A stretch of DNA of 47,189 nt from Phoronis australis (lineage: Eukaryota; Animalia; Phoronida): the NCBI GenBank assembly GCA_002633005.1, contig NMRA01000456.1, positions 318,631 through 365,819 on the forward strand. The letters are read 5' to 3'. This document shows positions 46,783-47,189 of this stretch, one piece after another (position 1 is the first letter of the stretch; every line of letters begins with the position of its first letter). The notes beneath the pieces are model-generated. The model saw nothing but the letters and a program-made list of their open reading frames with translations. It was not told the origin of the DNA and searched no databases. The translations under genes and the position numbers were made by a program.

Positions 46783-47189
46783 CGTAGACCAGTACGTGCT
46801 GGAGTGTGTCCTGCGGATTCCTCAGAATACGACTGGTCGAGCAGGGCGTCATCGGATTTGACATAAAGCAGCATCCTCTGATTTTTTTGTCTGAGCTCCA
46901 CCTCCACTGTTCTCCGATTTAATGTTGCCAGGAAGGGGTCTTGCCCCCCAGCCACGAAAAATAAACACTAAAATGACAAGGAAATAAATTTGGGCATTTA
47001 TCATGTTACATATACTCGTGAGCATGTTCTTTAATGTATGTGAAATTGGGCGCAGAAATTACAATTTTCCTGATGAGAAAAGCTTTTAGACCTTTTTCAT
47101 AAATGTCTGTACTGATTCTACTAGTGTATGCCATTGTATACCCACGTGATCAAGGTTTCATTGAAACACTTCAATAGTTTCTTTGTTGG

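Overview
Eukaryotic (animal, AT-rich, probably invertebrate; the repeat types suggest a mollusc/lophotrochozoan, which is inference) genomic window with spliceosomal introns. Two convergent genes can be reconstructed exon by exon with consistent splice phases. (1) On +, the last 17 coding exons (243-19576; 2338 nt, 778 aa + stop) of 5-oxoprolinase (OPLAH); its 5' part lies upstream of the window. (2) On -, an apparently complete 7-exon gene (ATG 37251, stop 23497; 414 aa) for a secreted EMI-domain / coiled-coil / collagen protein of the EMID1-COL26A1 type, with a TATA box ~90 bp upstream; the ORF track misses most of it. Introns and the distal 10 kb are full of transposon debris: Helentron/DINE-1-like elements (one nested in its own family), five CAT/CAG-terminated MITE-like elements with 5-bp TSDs (one nested in another), a deleted Tc1/mariner-superfamily element, RLE- and zf-RVT-type LINE fragments, foldbacks, tRNA-like SINE heads and minisatellites. 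There is no CRISPR array or other prokaryotic system. The most unusual observations are repeated tandem duplication of an OPLAH exon end together with its splice donor, the invertebrate EMI-collagen architecture, and an intronic ORF with pentapeptide-like repeats that overlaps an EMI exon out of frame and is interrupted by a transposon. I found no clear-cut novel biological system; the findings are leads.
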